Shown in pieces: positions 1 through 8,897 of a stretch of 33,495 nucleotides of DNA. The position numbers and the translations under genes are program-made. The DNA comes from a virus. Its lineage: Duplodnaviria; Caudoviricetes. Location: positions 1 to 33,495 of the IMG/VR virus record IMGVR_UViG_3300035187_003564. One strand, written 5' to 3'. The stretch's first letter is position 1; each line of letters begins with the position of its first letter. Below the pieces are notes generated by a model. That model ran no database searches and had not been told where the DNA came from. It saw only the letters and a list, made by a program, of their open reading frames with translations.

Positions 1-140
1 GTGCGCGGCTCGGACGAAAGATCCAGCGGAATCTGGACGCTGCAAGCCTGGGTGACGGAGTTTGAAATCTGGAAACGGGATCTGCCGGAAGGATGGCAGC
101 ATGACGCAAGCTGGCACCGGATGGTCAGGGACTGGATAAA
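1..140. repeat. Terminal direct repeat, left copy (circular assembly overlap)
   Basis: 1-140 matches 33356-33495: identical for 126 nt, then two substitutions at positions 127 and 138. Confidence 0.95.
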
Positions 141-183
141 GCCGGTGATTGAGTTTGTCGAAACCGTAAAAGCCAAGGACTAG
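1..183 (+). CDS. C-terminal part of the LmbU-like protein that starts at 32906 and crosses the circular junction
   Basis: In frame with the ATG at 32906 through the terminal repeat (33356-32906=450); stop TAG at 181-183. Confidence 0.8.
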   Translation: MRGSDERSSGIWTLQAWVTEFEIWKRDLPEGWQHDASWHRMVRDWIKPVIEFVETVKAKD

Positions 184-402
184 GTGCCGGATCTGGTTTG
201 GTGGCGTGACGTGCTCGGCACGTTACGGGGGACGCTTGTGCGCATCCGGGAAGCTACGGCCAACCCGGATGTGCGCACGGCCATCGCCTTGGTGGATGCA
301 TTGCTACTGATGTCTGGAACAAAAAAGGAGGACGATAATGGACAACAAGTTGATCGAGGCGGCGAAAAACTACCGCCTAACTTTGCTGGAAAAGAAGTCT
401 GA
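184..402 (+). CDS. Hypothetical protein
   Basis: Abuts the upstream stop codon; amphipathic helical 72 aa ORF in the early operon. Confidence 0.5.
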   Translation: MPDLVWWRDVLGTLRGTLVRIREATANPDVRTAIALVDALLLMSGTKKEDDNGQQVDRGGEKLPPNFAGKEV

Positions 403-751
403 GCATTACGAAAGGGAGCTGGAAAAAATCAGGCAAATGCTGGCGCAGCTAAGCCAGGAGGCAGTGCTGCGATCTGCCCTCAAGAGGCCTGAGCTGGCAC
501 TCCCGGTCTTAGAGGTGCCCAAGGAAATCAGCTATCGACCGGAAAACGGTAAAAAGCAGCGCAATCGCACAACGCACGTGGTCGCGCAGCGCTGGGAATT
601 TTGGCGCAAGCAGTATGAAGCGGGCATGACGGTATCCATGATCGCCAAGGCCTGGGACTGTGATCATGCCACGGTGTGCAACGCCAGAAGGTGCGGATGG
701 AAACCATCTATCCGTGGGAAGCGGCGTGGATTTTTGGTCAAGTCATGCTGA
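338..751 (+). CDS. Coiled-coil plus C-terminal HTH protein (DnaA domain IV-like helix-turn-helix)
   Basis: GGAGG SD upstream; MTVSMIAKAWDCDHATVCNA resembles the DnaA_C motif SLxxIGxxFGGRDHTTVxHA. Confidence 0.6.
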   Translation: MDNKLIEAAKNYRLTLLEKKSEHYERELEKIRQMLAQLSQEAVLRSALKRPELALPVLEVPKEISYRPENGKKQRNRTTHVVAQRWEFWRKQYEAGMTVSMIAKAWDCDHATVCNARRCGWKPSIRGKRRGFLVKSC

Positions 752-1611
752 CGATAGAAGATCTCAAGGCTAAAATCCCGCTTCCGGAAGCAGCCCGTCG
801 GCTGGGCATTGCTGGATTTCCCGAAGGGCCAGGGAAGATGTGCAGCCCGATCCGGCAGGGGGACGAAAACCCCAGCTTTTCTGTCTGGCAGGGGGACAAA
901 GGGCTGGTTTGGACAGACCATGGAACCAAGGAAAGCGGGGACCAGATCACGCTGATTGAAAAGGTGCGCGGGGTATCGTCTAAAGAAGCAATCCGGATGC
1001 TGCGCGAGTGGGCTGGTGACCTTACTCCGGTACAGGACCGGAAGGATGGGAAACCTCAGCCTAGGATCGTAAAGGTGTACGATTACTTGGATGCAGACGG
1101 AAAGCTAAGGCATCAAACGCTACGCTATGATCCAAAGATGTTTCGCCAGCGTCGCCCGGCGGCCGAGGGCGAGAGGGCTGGCAACAAACAGGCCAGCCGA
1201 GACCGGGAGGGCAACTGGTGGCTGTGGACGTTGGCCGGCATCACGCCGGTGCTGTATCGATTGCCACAGCTGTTGGCCAATTCAGATCTGGTAGTAGGAA
1301 TTTTTGAGGGCGAAAAGGACGCGGATGCAGCGGCTCTGGCAGATGGCAAGATTGCGGCGACCACCTCTCCGATGGGGGCCGGCAAGTGGCGGGATGAATA
1401 TACCCAGACCCTGGCCAAAAGGAGGGTGATAATTGTGCCGGACCGGGACAAGGCCGGACAGGATCACGGACTGGCCGTGGCCAAGGCTTTGCGGGACAAG
1501 GGCGGGTGCCAAGTGCGCATCGTGCGCTGGGAGTTGCTATGGCCGTCCGCCCCCATGGATGGGAAGGTGGATTTTTATGACTGGATGGACGCGTGGCGGA
1601 GGTCGGCATGA
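745..1611 (+). CDS. DNA primase (degenerate CHC2-type N-terminal domain plus TOPRIM)
   Basis: CSPIRQGDENPSF...WTDHG...GDQITLI domain; TOPRIM motifs FEGEKDAD and VPDRDKAG; ATG 745 overlaps the upstream stop. Confidence 0.8.
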   Translation: MLTIEDLKAKIPLPEAARRLGIAGFPEGPGKMCSPIRQGDENPSFSVWQGDKGLVWTDHGTKESGDQITLIEKVRGVSSKEAIRMLREWAGDLTPVQDRKDGKPQPRIVKVYDYLDADGKLRHQTLRYDPKMFRQRRPAAEGERAGNKQASRDREGNWWLWTLAGITPVLYRLPQLLANSDLVVGIFEGEKDADAAALADGKIAATTSPMGAGKWRDEYTQTLAKRRVIIVPDRDKAGQDHGLAVAKALRDKGGCQVRIVRWELLWPSAPMDGKVDFYDWMDAWRRSA

Positions 1612-3221
1612 AAGACGGCCAAGTGCTGGATGCTTTATGGGAGGCGAGCGCGGATGTTTCTGATTTTATCGGACAATCTGACGTCGGCCAGGCTGTCGTC
1701 AGCAGCGTGCTGCCAAAGATCCGGCTGCCTGGTAATGGTCACAGAATAGGGCAAACGGCAGAGGATCTGGGCAAGGCGTTGCGTGATCAGGATCTTTTTG
1801 AGAGGGACGGAATCGTGCTGATGGTCAACCGGCGAGGCCGGCTATCGGTAATGACATCGGAGAAGTTTCACAGCTGGATTGAGGATTACGTTTCCCCTTA
1901 CAAGCTAGGCGAGCGCGGCGAGGAAGCCGCCAGCATGAGCGACAAGTGTGCGGCCGGGGTGCTGGCCAGTGAGCAGTTTATTCGGGAACTAAGGCCGATT
2001 CGCAGAGTGGCTACGGTAAGGCTGCCGGTAATTCGGAAGGACGGGACTCTGGAGATTTTACCCGAAGGCTACGATGCGGAGACCCAGGTGCTGACGAGGT
2101 CTGAAATGGAGCTGCAGGACGACATGAGTTTGGATCAAGCCAAAGCCGTTTTTGACCAGTGGATGGTTGATTTCCCATGGCCAATCAACGAAGCCGAGGC
2201 AGTTAGATCTAGGGCTGTGGCCTTGGCGGCGATGTTTGCACCATATCTTGACCTGATGCTGGCGCCTCGGGAGCCACGTCCCGCGTTTATTTTTTCAGCT
2301 AACTCGGAAGGTGCGGGCAAGACGTTGCTGTGCCGCCTGGCGGTCTGTCCGGTGTTTGGTCCCATGAGGATTACGGCACCCCCGGAGGGAAGCGACAGTG
2401 AGGAGCTGACTAAAGCGCTAAACGCGGCGGCCATTAGTGGTGAGCCTTATCTGGTATTTGATAACTGGAGAGGTGAAATCAAGTCGTCCAGCCTAGAGGC
2501 GTTTATTACGGCCAACGTGTGGGGTGGTCGTGTGCTGGGGCAGTCGCGAAACTTCGAGGTCGAAAAGTCCTGCCTAATATATGTCACCGCCAACACAGCA
2601 AGGGTCAATGCAGATATGCGCCGCAGGTGCCTTCAGCTTTCCCTCCACGTGCAAGAAGCAAAGATTGAGGAACGTAAATATAGCCGAGCGATTAGCGAGG
2701 AGGACATCTTGGCGGCGCGACCGCAGTTGTTGGGTGCTTTGTGGGCTTTTGTAAAGCATTGGGACGATCAAGGCCGTACTCCAGGATCGGTAAACCACAG
2801 TAGCTTTCCTAGATGGTCGGCGCAGGTTGGTGGCATTGTGCAGCTGGTTACCGGGATCCACCCGTGCACGGCTCCGCTTGTAAGTGCTGACGACACGTTG
2901 GCAGACATGGAGAAGCTGGTGGGTGCTGTTATGGTGGACGAGTCACAGCCTTTACTTGAGTTTCGTCCTGCTGAGCTGATGACCAAATCTAGGGAAATGG
3001 GTTTATTTTCTTGGGTATTGGATGAGGATCCTAGTGAGGATGATCGGCAAGTGCGCAGGGAAAGGTCTGCTTTTGGAAAGATCTTAGCTAGGTTTGACGG
3101 CCGGACGTTTGGCTTAAAAAGGTTGGAAGTAAAAGGCGAGGGCCACGCCCGCATGATTCAGATCCACCATGTTGAGCACCATGTGGCTGACCATGCTAAC
3201 TCGCAACCCGCTCCCGCTTAA
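1608..3221 (+). CDS. P-loop NTPase, putative replicative helicase
   Basis: Walker A ANSEGAGKT and Walker B-like LVFDN; follows the primase with ATGA overlap and GGAGG SD. Confidence 0.75.
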   Translation: MKDGQVLDALWEASADVSDFIGQSDVGQAVVSSVLPKIRLPGNGHRIGQTAEDLGKALRDQDLFERDGIVLMVNRRGRLSVMTSEKFHSWIEDYVSPYKLGERGEEAASMSDKCAAGVLASEQFIRELRPIRRVATVRLPVIRKDGTLEILPEGYDAETQVLTRSEMELQDDMSLDQAKAVFDQWMVDFPWPINEAEAVRSRAVALAAMFAPYLDLMLAPREPRPAFIFSANSEGAGKTLLCRLAVCPVFGPMRITAPPEGSDSEELTKALNAAAISGEPYLVFDNWRGEIKSSSLEAFITANVWGGRVLGQSRNFEVEKSCLIYVTANTARVNADMRRRCLQLSLHVQEAKIEERKYSRAISEEDILAARPQLLGALWAFVKHWDDQGRTPGSVNHSSFPRWSAQVGGIVQLVTGIHPCTAPLVSADDTLADMEKLVGAVMVDESQPLLEFRPAELMTKSREMGLFSWVLDEDPSEDDRQVRRERSAFGKILARFDGRTFGLKRLEVKGEGHARMIQIHHVEHHVADHANSQPAPA

Positions 3222-3437
3222 TTGATTTCATTAAAAGTGTCATGGTCATCATGGTAAGTTGCCTATCCGCCTACTCTTACAGCCAAAGCTCTCCAGCGCG
3301 GGCGCGTGGGCGCGCGCGCGCGTTTGGGTACGGACTGACCATGTTGACCATGTTGCCGTGTTTGGTAGTTCCTTTGCTGTATGAGCTTACAGCTGAACAT
3401 GGTCGTGGACATGGTCCCTGCATGGTCGGACACCATG
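3166..3437. repeat. Dyad-symmetric ACCATG/CATGGT box array, putative replication origin
   Basis: ACCATG at 3166, 3178, 3190, 3338, 3347, 3432; CATGGT at 3241, 3250, 3398, 3410, 3421; GC-rich alternating tract at about 3297-3322. Confidence 0.7.
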
Positions 3438-3523
3438 TGGGTAAGGAATCTTTTATCTACCTGTTGTCTGCGGTGGCGACGACTCCCGTTGATTTTGCGA
3501 GAGTAACCTTAATAGAGTCTAGG

Positions 3524-3529
3524 TTGACA
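3524..3529 (+). promoter_or_regulatory. TTGACA late-gene motif, 15 nt before the terS ATG (3545)
   Basis: One of ten copies at a near-fixed distance from start codons. Confidence 0.65.
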
Positions 3530-3544
3530 GGTTGGTGGCTAGCT

Positions 3545-4147
3545 ATGACCGCCAGTGATCTAGCCAAGGAGTGGGAATGCAGCCGGCAGGCCGTGGCCAA
3601 GTGGGTGGCTAAGGGCATGCCGTTGACCAGCATGGAGGAGGCCAGCGCATGGAGATCTGCAAATTCTCAGAGGGCGCCTAGATGTAGGGTCGTCCAAGCT
3701 GCTGCGGCTTACACGGACCCGGCCGGGCCGGTGAGCCTAGAGACGGCTGTACCAGGGGAAACGCCGGAAGTGACAGAAGTAAGGGAGCGATCCAACCGAG
3801 CAAAGGTTGCGGAGCGTGAAGCCATGAAACTTTTGGATCAAGCCAAGGAGGCCAAAGACGTTCACGGGATCCGGCTGGCTTTGGACAAGGTAATAACGAC
3901 CCAAGAGCGGGCCCGGGATGCGGCAGATGAGCTGTCCAAGGCCCGAGCGGTTGCCGGGATTATGATGACAGTTACCCAGCACACCCAAGTGGTGGAGCGG
4001 TTGGCCGCAGAATTTCAGCGCGGCCTAGAGGCGCTGGTCAACAAGGGCAGCCGGCTTGTCGGGAAAAGCGCCGAGGAGATCCATGATATTATGCGCGAGG
4101 AAACTGGTCGTACTTATGAGGCCATAAAGGCCCGCATGATTGCATGA
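3545..4147 (+). CDS. terS: Terminase small subunit (Nu1-like)
   Basis: N-terminal HTH MTASDLAKEWECSRQAVAKWVAKGMP, coiled-coil C-terminus, ATGA overlap with terL; the longer ORF call from 3242 merely reads through the repeat array. Confidence 0.8.
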   Translation: MTASDLAKEWECSRQAVAKWVAKGMPLTSMEEASAWRSANSQRAPRCRVVQAAAAYTDPAGPVSLETAVPGETPEVTEVRERSNRAKVAEREAMKLLDQAKEAKDVHGIRLALDKVITTQERARDAADELSKARAVAGIMMTVTQHTQVVERLAAEFQRGLEALVNKGSRLVGKSAEEIHDIMREETGRTYEAIKARMIA

Positions 4148-5937
4148 CCATTACGTCATCATCACAAGTCCATGGGGCAGGGGCGGCTTTTAAGTTTCTT
4201 CGCCCCGCGGGGATGGATTCAGTGAGCCGGTGGGCGGAGCAAAGCATTTGGTTTTCTGAGCGCTACAGTCCTAGCAAGCCAGGCAAGGTCAGCTTGGACT
4301 CCATGCCCTATCTGCGCGAGGTGCTGGATAGCGCCACGGCTCCGGGCGTGCATGAGCTGACGCTATGTTTTGCGGTCCAGTGCGGTAAAAGCACGGCCCT
4401 GCAGCTCATGCTGGCCCACCGACTGACCAACAGGGCGACGCCCTGCATGGTGGTCCTGCCGTCGCTCAAGCTGGCACGCTCCATCAGCGCTGACCGATGG
4501 ATGGAATTGGTCCAGAGCAACCCGTGCCTTAGCCGGCTTTGCCCGGACAATGACGATGAGATGAAGCTGGACGAGCAGAGATTTCGATCTGGCACGGTTT
4601 GGTGGGTGGGCGCAGGCAGCGAGAGCAATCTTTCCAGCCGCAGTGTCGGCATGAGTATCGCCGACGAGATCGACAAGTTTCCAGACTGGAACACCAAGGA
4701 GGCCGCTCCGCTTCAGCTAATCGGCGCCCGGATGGAATCTTTCCCGCACTGGCTTTATGTTCAGGCGTCCACCCCGACGATTGACCAGGGGGTCAACATC
4801 TGGACAGAATTTCAGCGCGGTGACCAGCGCTACTACATGGTTGCATGCCGCGAGTGCCATCATCAGTTCAACCTGGAGTGGGAGGGCATTAAGTGGGACG
4901 AGTCCTCTTTTGAGGCAGATTCTGAGACGTGGAATTTTGAAAAGCTAAAGGCCACGGCCCATTACGAATGTCCGGGCTGCCGCCGGCAAATCCCTTTTAG
5001 CGAGCGCAATGAGATGATGCGGCAGGGCAAGTGGAAGGCCTCAGCCCAAGGCGAGCCGGGGCGCCGCAGCTATCACCTCAACGCGCTCTACAGCCCGCAC
5101 AAGACCTGGGGCGAGCTGGCTGTCATGTTTATCCAAGACAAGGAAAGCATCCGCGGGCTGCACCATTTTGTGAACAGCTATCTGGCCAAGCCATGGACTC
5201 CGGCCGCGGCCACGGTCAAGCCAAGCGCCGTCGAGGACGTTATCAAGGCCAGCCCGGAGTATCTGCTGGGCGAGTGCCCGATGGATCCGGACGGGCTAAT
5301 GATGGCGGTGGACGTTCAGCAGACGGAGCTTTGGTACACAATCCGGGCCTACGGCAAAAACGCAGGGAAGCCATGGAGCGCGCTAGTGGACTACGGCCAG
5401 CTAATAGGCTGGGACGCAGTCCTGCAAAAGTTTGGGCAAAAGTATCCGGTGCGCGGCAAGGAGGGCGAAGGCCGAAGCTGCTTGGGCGGGTTTGTGGATT
5501 CTGGTTACGCGGCCCGGAGGACCGGAGGTGTGTACGAGTTTGTGATCAGGGCGGCCGGAAAGTTTTGGGCCAGCAAGGGACGTGCAGCCAGTGCCGGGAT
5601 GCGGGCCAGCGTGGTAAAGCAGGTCGTCGAGCACCTGGGCCGGACTCTGCCTTTGGTCCAGTACGACGATAATGTTTTCAAACACACGCTTTACATCAAC
5701 AAAATCAAGGAGCGTACCGGGGCGGACTGGTGGCTGCCGCGCAATCTTGGCCGCGACTACATCAGCCAGCTGACGAATGAACGGCTGGTGGAGCGCAAGC
5801 TGCGCTATGGGCAGAGAGAGCTGACGTGGGAGGTGGTGGGCGCGAACCACTTGGGGGATTGCGAGAAGCTGGTGCTGGTGTTTTTAGAGCACGAACAAAA
5901 CCGGCCGCATGAGGCGGCCGCTAAATTGACAGCATGA
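4144..5937 (+). CDS. terL: Terminase large subunit, lambda GpA family
   Basis: Walker A AVQCGKST, Walker B IADEIDKF, ASTPT, GDQRYYMVACxxC, SYHLNALYSP, VDVQ, VDSGY, NHLGDC. Confidence 0.95.
   Translation: MTITSSSQVHGAGAAFKFLRPAGMDSVSRWAEQSIWFSERYSPSKPGKVSLDSMPYLREVLDSATAPGVHELTLCFAVQCGKSTALQLMLAHRLTNRATPCMVVLPSLKLARSISADRWMELVQSNPCLSRLCPDNDDEMKLDEQRFRSGTVWWVGAGSESNLSSRSVGMSIADEIDKFPDWNTKEAAPLQLIGARMESFPHWLYVQASTPTIDQGVNIWTEFQRGDQRYYMVACRECHHQFNLEWEGIKWDESSFEADSETWNFEKLKATAHYECPGCRRQIPFSERNEMMRQGKWKASAQGEPGRRSYHLNALYSPHKTWGELAVMFIQDKESIRGLHHFVNSYLAKPWTPAAATVKPSAVEDVIKASPEYLLGECPMDPDGLMMAVDVQQTELWYTIRAYGKNAGKPWSALVDYGQLIGWDAVLQKFGQKYPVRGKEGEGRSCLGGFVDSGYAARRTGGVYEFVIRAAGKFWASKGRAASAGMRASVVKQVVEHLGRTLPLVQYDDNVFKHTLYINKIKERTGADWWLPRNLGRDYISQLTNERLVERKLRYGQRELTWEVVGANHLGDCEKLVLVFLEHEQNRPHEAAAKLTA
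5926..5931 (+). promoter_or_regulatory. TTGACA late-gene motif, 13 nt before GTG 5945
   Basis: Repeated motif at a near-fixed distance from start codons. Confidence 0.6.
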
Positions 5938-5944
5938 AGGGCGC

Positions 5945-6265
5945 GTGGAGCGTGGGCTCATCTTTTCCCTTTGGATCCAGGCATCGAAAGACCCTGTGGC
6001 CCTCCGCCTTGCCTTGGAGGCTCTTGCGGCCGGGCAGGCCAACACTTTCACCAACGGGGGCAAGGTAATGGTCAGCGCATCCGTGGCCGGCAAATCGTTC
6101 AGCTACCAGCTGCAGCCCGGATTTAATCCCGCCGGCGTTGCCCAGCTAGCGCTTAACTGCTGGAAATCCGTGAAGGGTTTTACCACGTCCACTGAGGTTG
6201 AGGATTTTCTGACCAAATCCACCGGCTCGGTCTCCTATCCGTCCTACCCGTCCGAGGTTTTCTAA
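5945..6265 (+). CDS. Putative head completion protein (gpW position)
   Basis: Small ORF between terL and portal with a beta-hairpin-like SASVAGKSFSY segment, as in lambda gene order. Confidence 0.55.
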   Translation: MERGLIFSLWIQASKDPVALRLALEALAAGQANTFTNGGKVMVSASVAGKSFSYQLQPGFNPAGVAQLALNCWKSVKGFTTSTEVEDFLTKSTGSVSYPSYPSEVF

Positions 6266-6266
6266 G

Positions 6267-7877
6267 ATGGGATCCTGGGGCAACTGGTTCGGCCGGATTA
6301 TCCGTGCAGGCGAAAACGACCAGCGCCGTCGCCGCTATATTTACGCCACGCCCCAAGACACCAAGACAGACCTGACGACCGCCAGTCGCCGGCAGGTGCT
6401 GGGGCTGGCCCGGTATTTTTACTACAACAACCCCGTGGTGCGCGGGGCGATCGACAGCATCACCCGCAACTCCATCGGCCCGGGCATCAAGTGCCAGGCC
6501 CGCACGGAGGACGAGGGATGGAATCGCGCCACGGAGGAGTGGTTCCGCTCATGGGAGATCGCCTGTGACGTCCGTGGCATTTTGGATTGGGCCTCGTTCC
6601 AGCAGGTGGCTTGCCGGGCGATGCTGCGGGACAACGAAGTATTTTGTCTTTTGATCGACAACGGCGATGGATGGCCCCAACTGCAGATGGTCGAGGCCCA
6701 CCGCTGCGAGACACCGGCCTACCTTTCCGGCGAAAAAAGGATTTTTGACGGGGTACGCACCAACGCCCAGGGCCGTCCGCTTTCCTACTACATTCGCACC
6801 GGCGACGGCGACAAATACACCGAGGTGCAGTCGTCCGACCTCTTGGTACTGGCGGAGCGAGACCGGCCGGACGAGCTGCGCAGCATCTCCCGGCTGGTGA
6901 CCTGCCTCAACCTCTTGCAGGACCGCGACGAGATTCTGGACCACGAAGTGCAGGGCGTGAAACGCGCCGGCGCCATCGGCCTTGCCTTGGAAGGTCAGGG
7001 AAACACCGGGTTTTTCGGACCTGACACCACCAGCGACGACGGCATCACCACGGACAAGATCCTGGGCGGAGGAGCCATCTGGAACCTGCCTGCCGGCAAG
7101 ACACTCAAGGAAATCAAGAACGACCGCCCCGGGCCCAACCTGCAGGAGTTCATGGATCAGATTTTGCGGGCCGCTGCGGCCGGCCTTGGCCTGCCTTACG
7201 AGTATTTGTGGAAAGCCGACCTGTCCGGCCCTTCGCAGCGCTTTGTCCTAGCACAAGCCCAGCGCCGTTTTGACGAAGTGGCGCAAGCCATCACTAGCCA
7301 GATGGTCAGCCGCGTCCGCCTCTGGGCGCTGGCCAAGGCCATCAAGCGCGGAGACCTAACCCCGCCCCGCGGGATGGACCGCTGGTGGCAGGCGGTTTAC
7401 CACACACCCCAACGCACCACCATTGACGCCGGACGCGACAGCGCCGCCGACCGTGAGGATCTGAAGCTGGGCCTGACGACCATGGCGCACATTTACGCAA
7501 GCCGCGGAGAGGATTGGCAGGAGGCTGTGGACCAGAAGATTGCCGAGGCCACCTATATCCGGCGCAAGGCGGAGGAGGCCGGACTGATGGCCTCTGACGT
7601 CCAGTTTATCCCCAACCAACCGGCCCCGCTCACCCCTCCGTCCGCCGAGCCGGCTGTTGACCAGACCGTCCAGCCAGAGCTGGCCGCGCCCACCGTGACC
7701 GTCACCATGGCCGCGCCGGTAGAAGTGACCCAGCCCGAGCCCTCTCCGGCGGCCGTTTTGACCGAGGCTTTTACCATGAGGGACGAGCCCGACCTGCAGC
7801 TGTCCGACAAGGAGCTCAACATGGTGGTCAAGGCGATCGGCCTAAAAAACAAGCCCGCTAAGAAAAAGAAAAGCTAG
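6267..7877 (+). CDS. Portal protein, lambda family
   Basis: ARYFYYNNPVVRGAID...IGPGI, GVRTNAQGRPLSYY, AAAAGLGLPYE; Pro/Ala/Thr-rich C-terminal extension. Confidence 0.92.
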   Translation: MGSWGNWFGRIIRAGENDQRRRRYIYATPQDTKTDLTTASRRQVLGLARYFYYNNPVVRGAIDSITRNSIGPGIKCQARTEDEGWNRATEEWFRSWEIACDVRGILDWASFQQVACRAMLRDNEVFCLLIDNGDGWPQLQMVEAHRCETPAYLSGEKRIFDGVRTNAQGRPLSYYIRTGDGDKYTEVQSSDLLVLAERDRPDELRSISRLVTCLNLLQDRDEILDHEVQGVKRAGAIGLALEGQGNTGFFGPDTTSDDGITTDKILGGGAIWNLPAGKTLKEIKNDRPGPNLQEFMDQILRAAAAGLGLPYEYLWKADLSGPSQRFVLAQAQRRFDEVAQAITSQMVSRVRLWALAKAIKRGDLTPPRGMDRWWQAVYHTPQRTTIDAGRDSAADREDLKLGLTTMAHIYASRGEDWQEAVDQKIAEATYIRRKAEEAGLMASDVQFIPNQPAPLTPPSAEPAVDQTVQPELAAPTVTVTMAAPVEVTQPEPSPAAVLTEAFTMRDEPDLQLSDKELNMVVKAIGLKNKPAKKKKS

Positions 7878-7881
7878 GGTT

Positions 7882-7887
7882 TTGACA
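7882..7887 (+). promoter_or_regulatory. TTGACA late-gene motif, 14 nt before ATG 7902
   Basis: Intergenic; no SD between the motif and the start codon. Confidence 0.7.
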
Positions 7888-7901
7888 CGCCCCGCCAGCA
7901 C

Positions 7902-8876
7902 ATGGCCGAAAAGAAATTTAAGGGCATATCCGTCATCACTGCTGGCCCCGCTCTTGGCCACGGCATGGTCATCGACGCGGAGACTCTTTCCCAGGTTGTC
8001 GAAAAAGGGAACGAGGCAGGACAGGTCAAGGTCCTGTCGGATCACTCGTCCTCCGTCTCCAACATCATCGGCTATCTGGAAAACTTTGGGCTGGATGGCG
8101 GCCGCGTCCGCGCCGACCTGACTCTTTTTGAAAGCCATGACGGCTTTCAGTATTTCAGCGAGCTGATCACCACGCTTCCTGGTCAGATCGGCTTTTCCAT
8201 CAGCTTTAGCGGCGTGCCCCGGGAGGCGGCCGACGGCACCCAGCTGGCCACCGTGCAGACGCTCTTTTCCGTGGATCTTGTGCTGACTCCGGCCGCAAAC
8301 CCCACCGGGGTTTTCCATGCGCGGGTTGACAGCAAGCAAAACGCCGTGACCAAAACATCACAGGTTGAAGAAACCAAGCTAGAGACGCCCGCCACGGAAG
8401 CGGCGCCCGTAGCCCCGGCGGCCCCGGCGGCAGAGCCCGCCAAACTGGCCGAGCCCACCCTCTCCGACATCAACGCCAAGCTGGACGCCATCATGGCCAT
8501 GCTGCAGGCCGATGTCGTTGAGGACGTGGTCGAGGAGCCCATGACCGGCAAGCCCGAGGAAAGCAAAATGGAAGCCGCCGTGGAGGCATCTCCCGTGGCC
8601 GAGGAACCCAAGGCCGAGCCCGTCCAGGAGACCGTGGCCGCGGAAGCCAAGATCGAGGAGATTAAGGCCGAAGCTCCGGCATCCAACGAGGCCGCCGCTC
8701 TCAAGGCCGAGCTGACCACCCTCAAGATTGATCTGGAAGCCTCGCGTGGCATCAAGCCGCTCGAAGTTTCCGCTGAACAGAATTTCTCGCGTTCCGACCT
8801 GCTTTCGCAGTTCAACGCGGAAAAGGATCCCCGCCGCGCCGCGGAGATCTTCAAGAAAATCAAACTGGCGCGATAA
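7902..8876 (+). CDS. Prohead protease fused to scaffolding domain
   Basis: Protease-like motifs SDH, GFSISF, SVDLVLTPAAN, then an acidic Ala/Glu/Pro-rich coiled-coil; lies between portal and capsid genes. Confidence 0.8.
   Translation: MAEKKFKGISVITAGPALGHGMVIDAETLSQVVEKGNEAGQVKVLSDHSSSVSNIIGYLENFGLDGGRVRADLTLFESHDGFQYFSELITTLPGQIGFSISFSGVPREAADGTQLATVQTLFSVDLVLTPAANPTGVFHARVDSKQNAVTKTSQVEETKLETPATEAAPVAPAAPAAEPAKLAEPTLSDINAKLDAIMAMLQADVVEDVVEEPMTGKPEESKMEAAVEASPVAEEPKAEPVQETVAAEAKIEEIKAEAPASNEAAALKAELTTLKIDLEASRGIKPLEVSAEQNFSRSDLLSQFNAEKDPRRAAEIFKKIKLAR
8326..8331 (+). promoter_or_regulatory. TTGACA late-gene motif, 14 nt before the internal in-frame GTG 8346
   Basis: Sits at the protease/scaffold domain boundary. 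Confidence 0.6.
8346..8876 (+). CDS. Nested in-frame scaffolding protein (internal start)
   Basis: GTG 8346 is in frame with 7902 (offset 444) and has its own TTGACA-N14 motif; analogous to lambda Nu3 inside gene C. Confidence 0.55.
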   Translation: MTKTSQVEETKLETPATEAAPVAPAAPAAEPAKLAEPTLSDINAKLDAIMAMLQADVVEDVVEEPMTGKPEESKMEAAVEASPVAEEPKAEPVQETVAAEAKIEEIKAEAPASNEAAALKAELTTLKIDLEASRGIKPLEVSAEQNFSRSDLLSQFNAEKDPRRAAEIFKKIKLAR

Positions 8877-8897
8877 CCCAAAGGATAACCAAACACC

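Noticed and set aside
1-140. Biological terminal repeats of the virion DNA
   Set aside because: The repeat falls mid-gene, has an assembler-like overlap length, and the terminase is a cos-type GpA; better explained as a circular assembly overlap
3166-3437. CRISPR array
   Set aside because: Repeats are 6 bp, in both orientations, with spacers of a few bases; no cas genes
3242-3544. N-terminal 101 aa extension of terS in the ORF track
   Set aside because: Reads through the repeat array; the HTH and the TTGACA-linked ATG start at 3545
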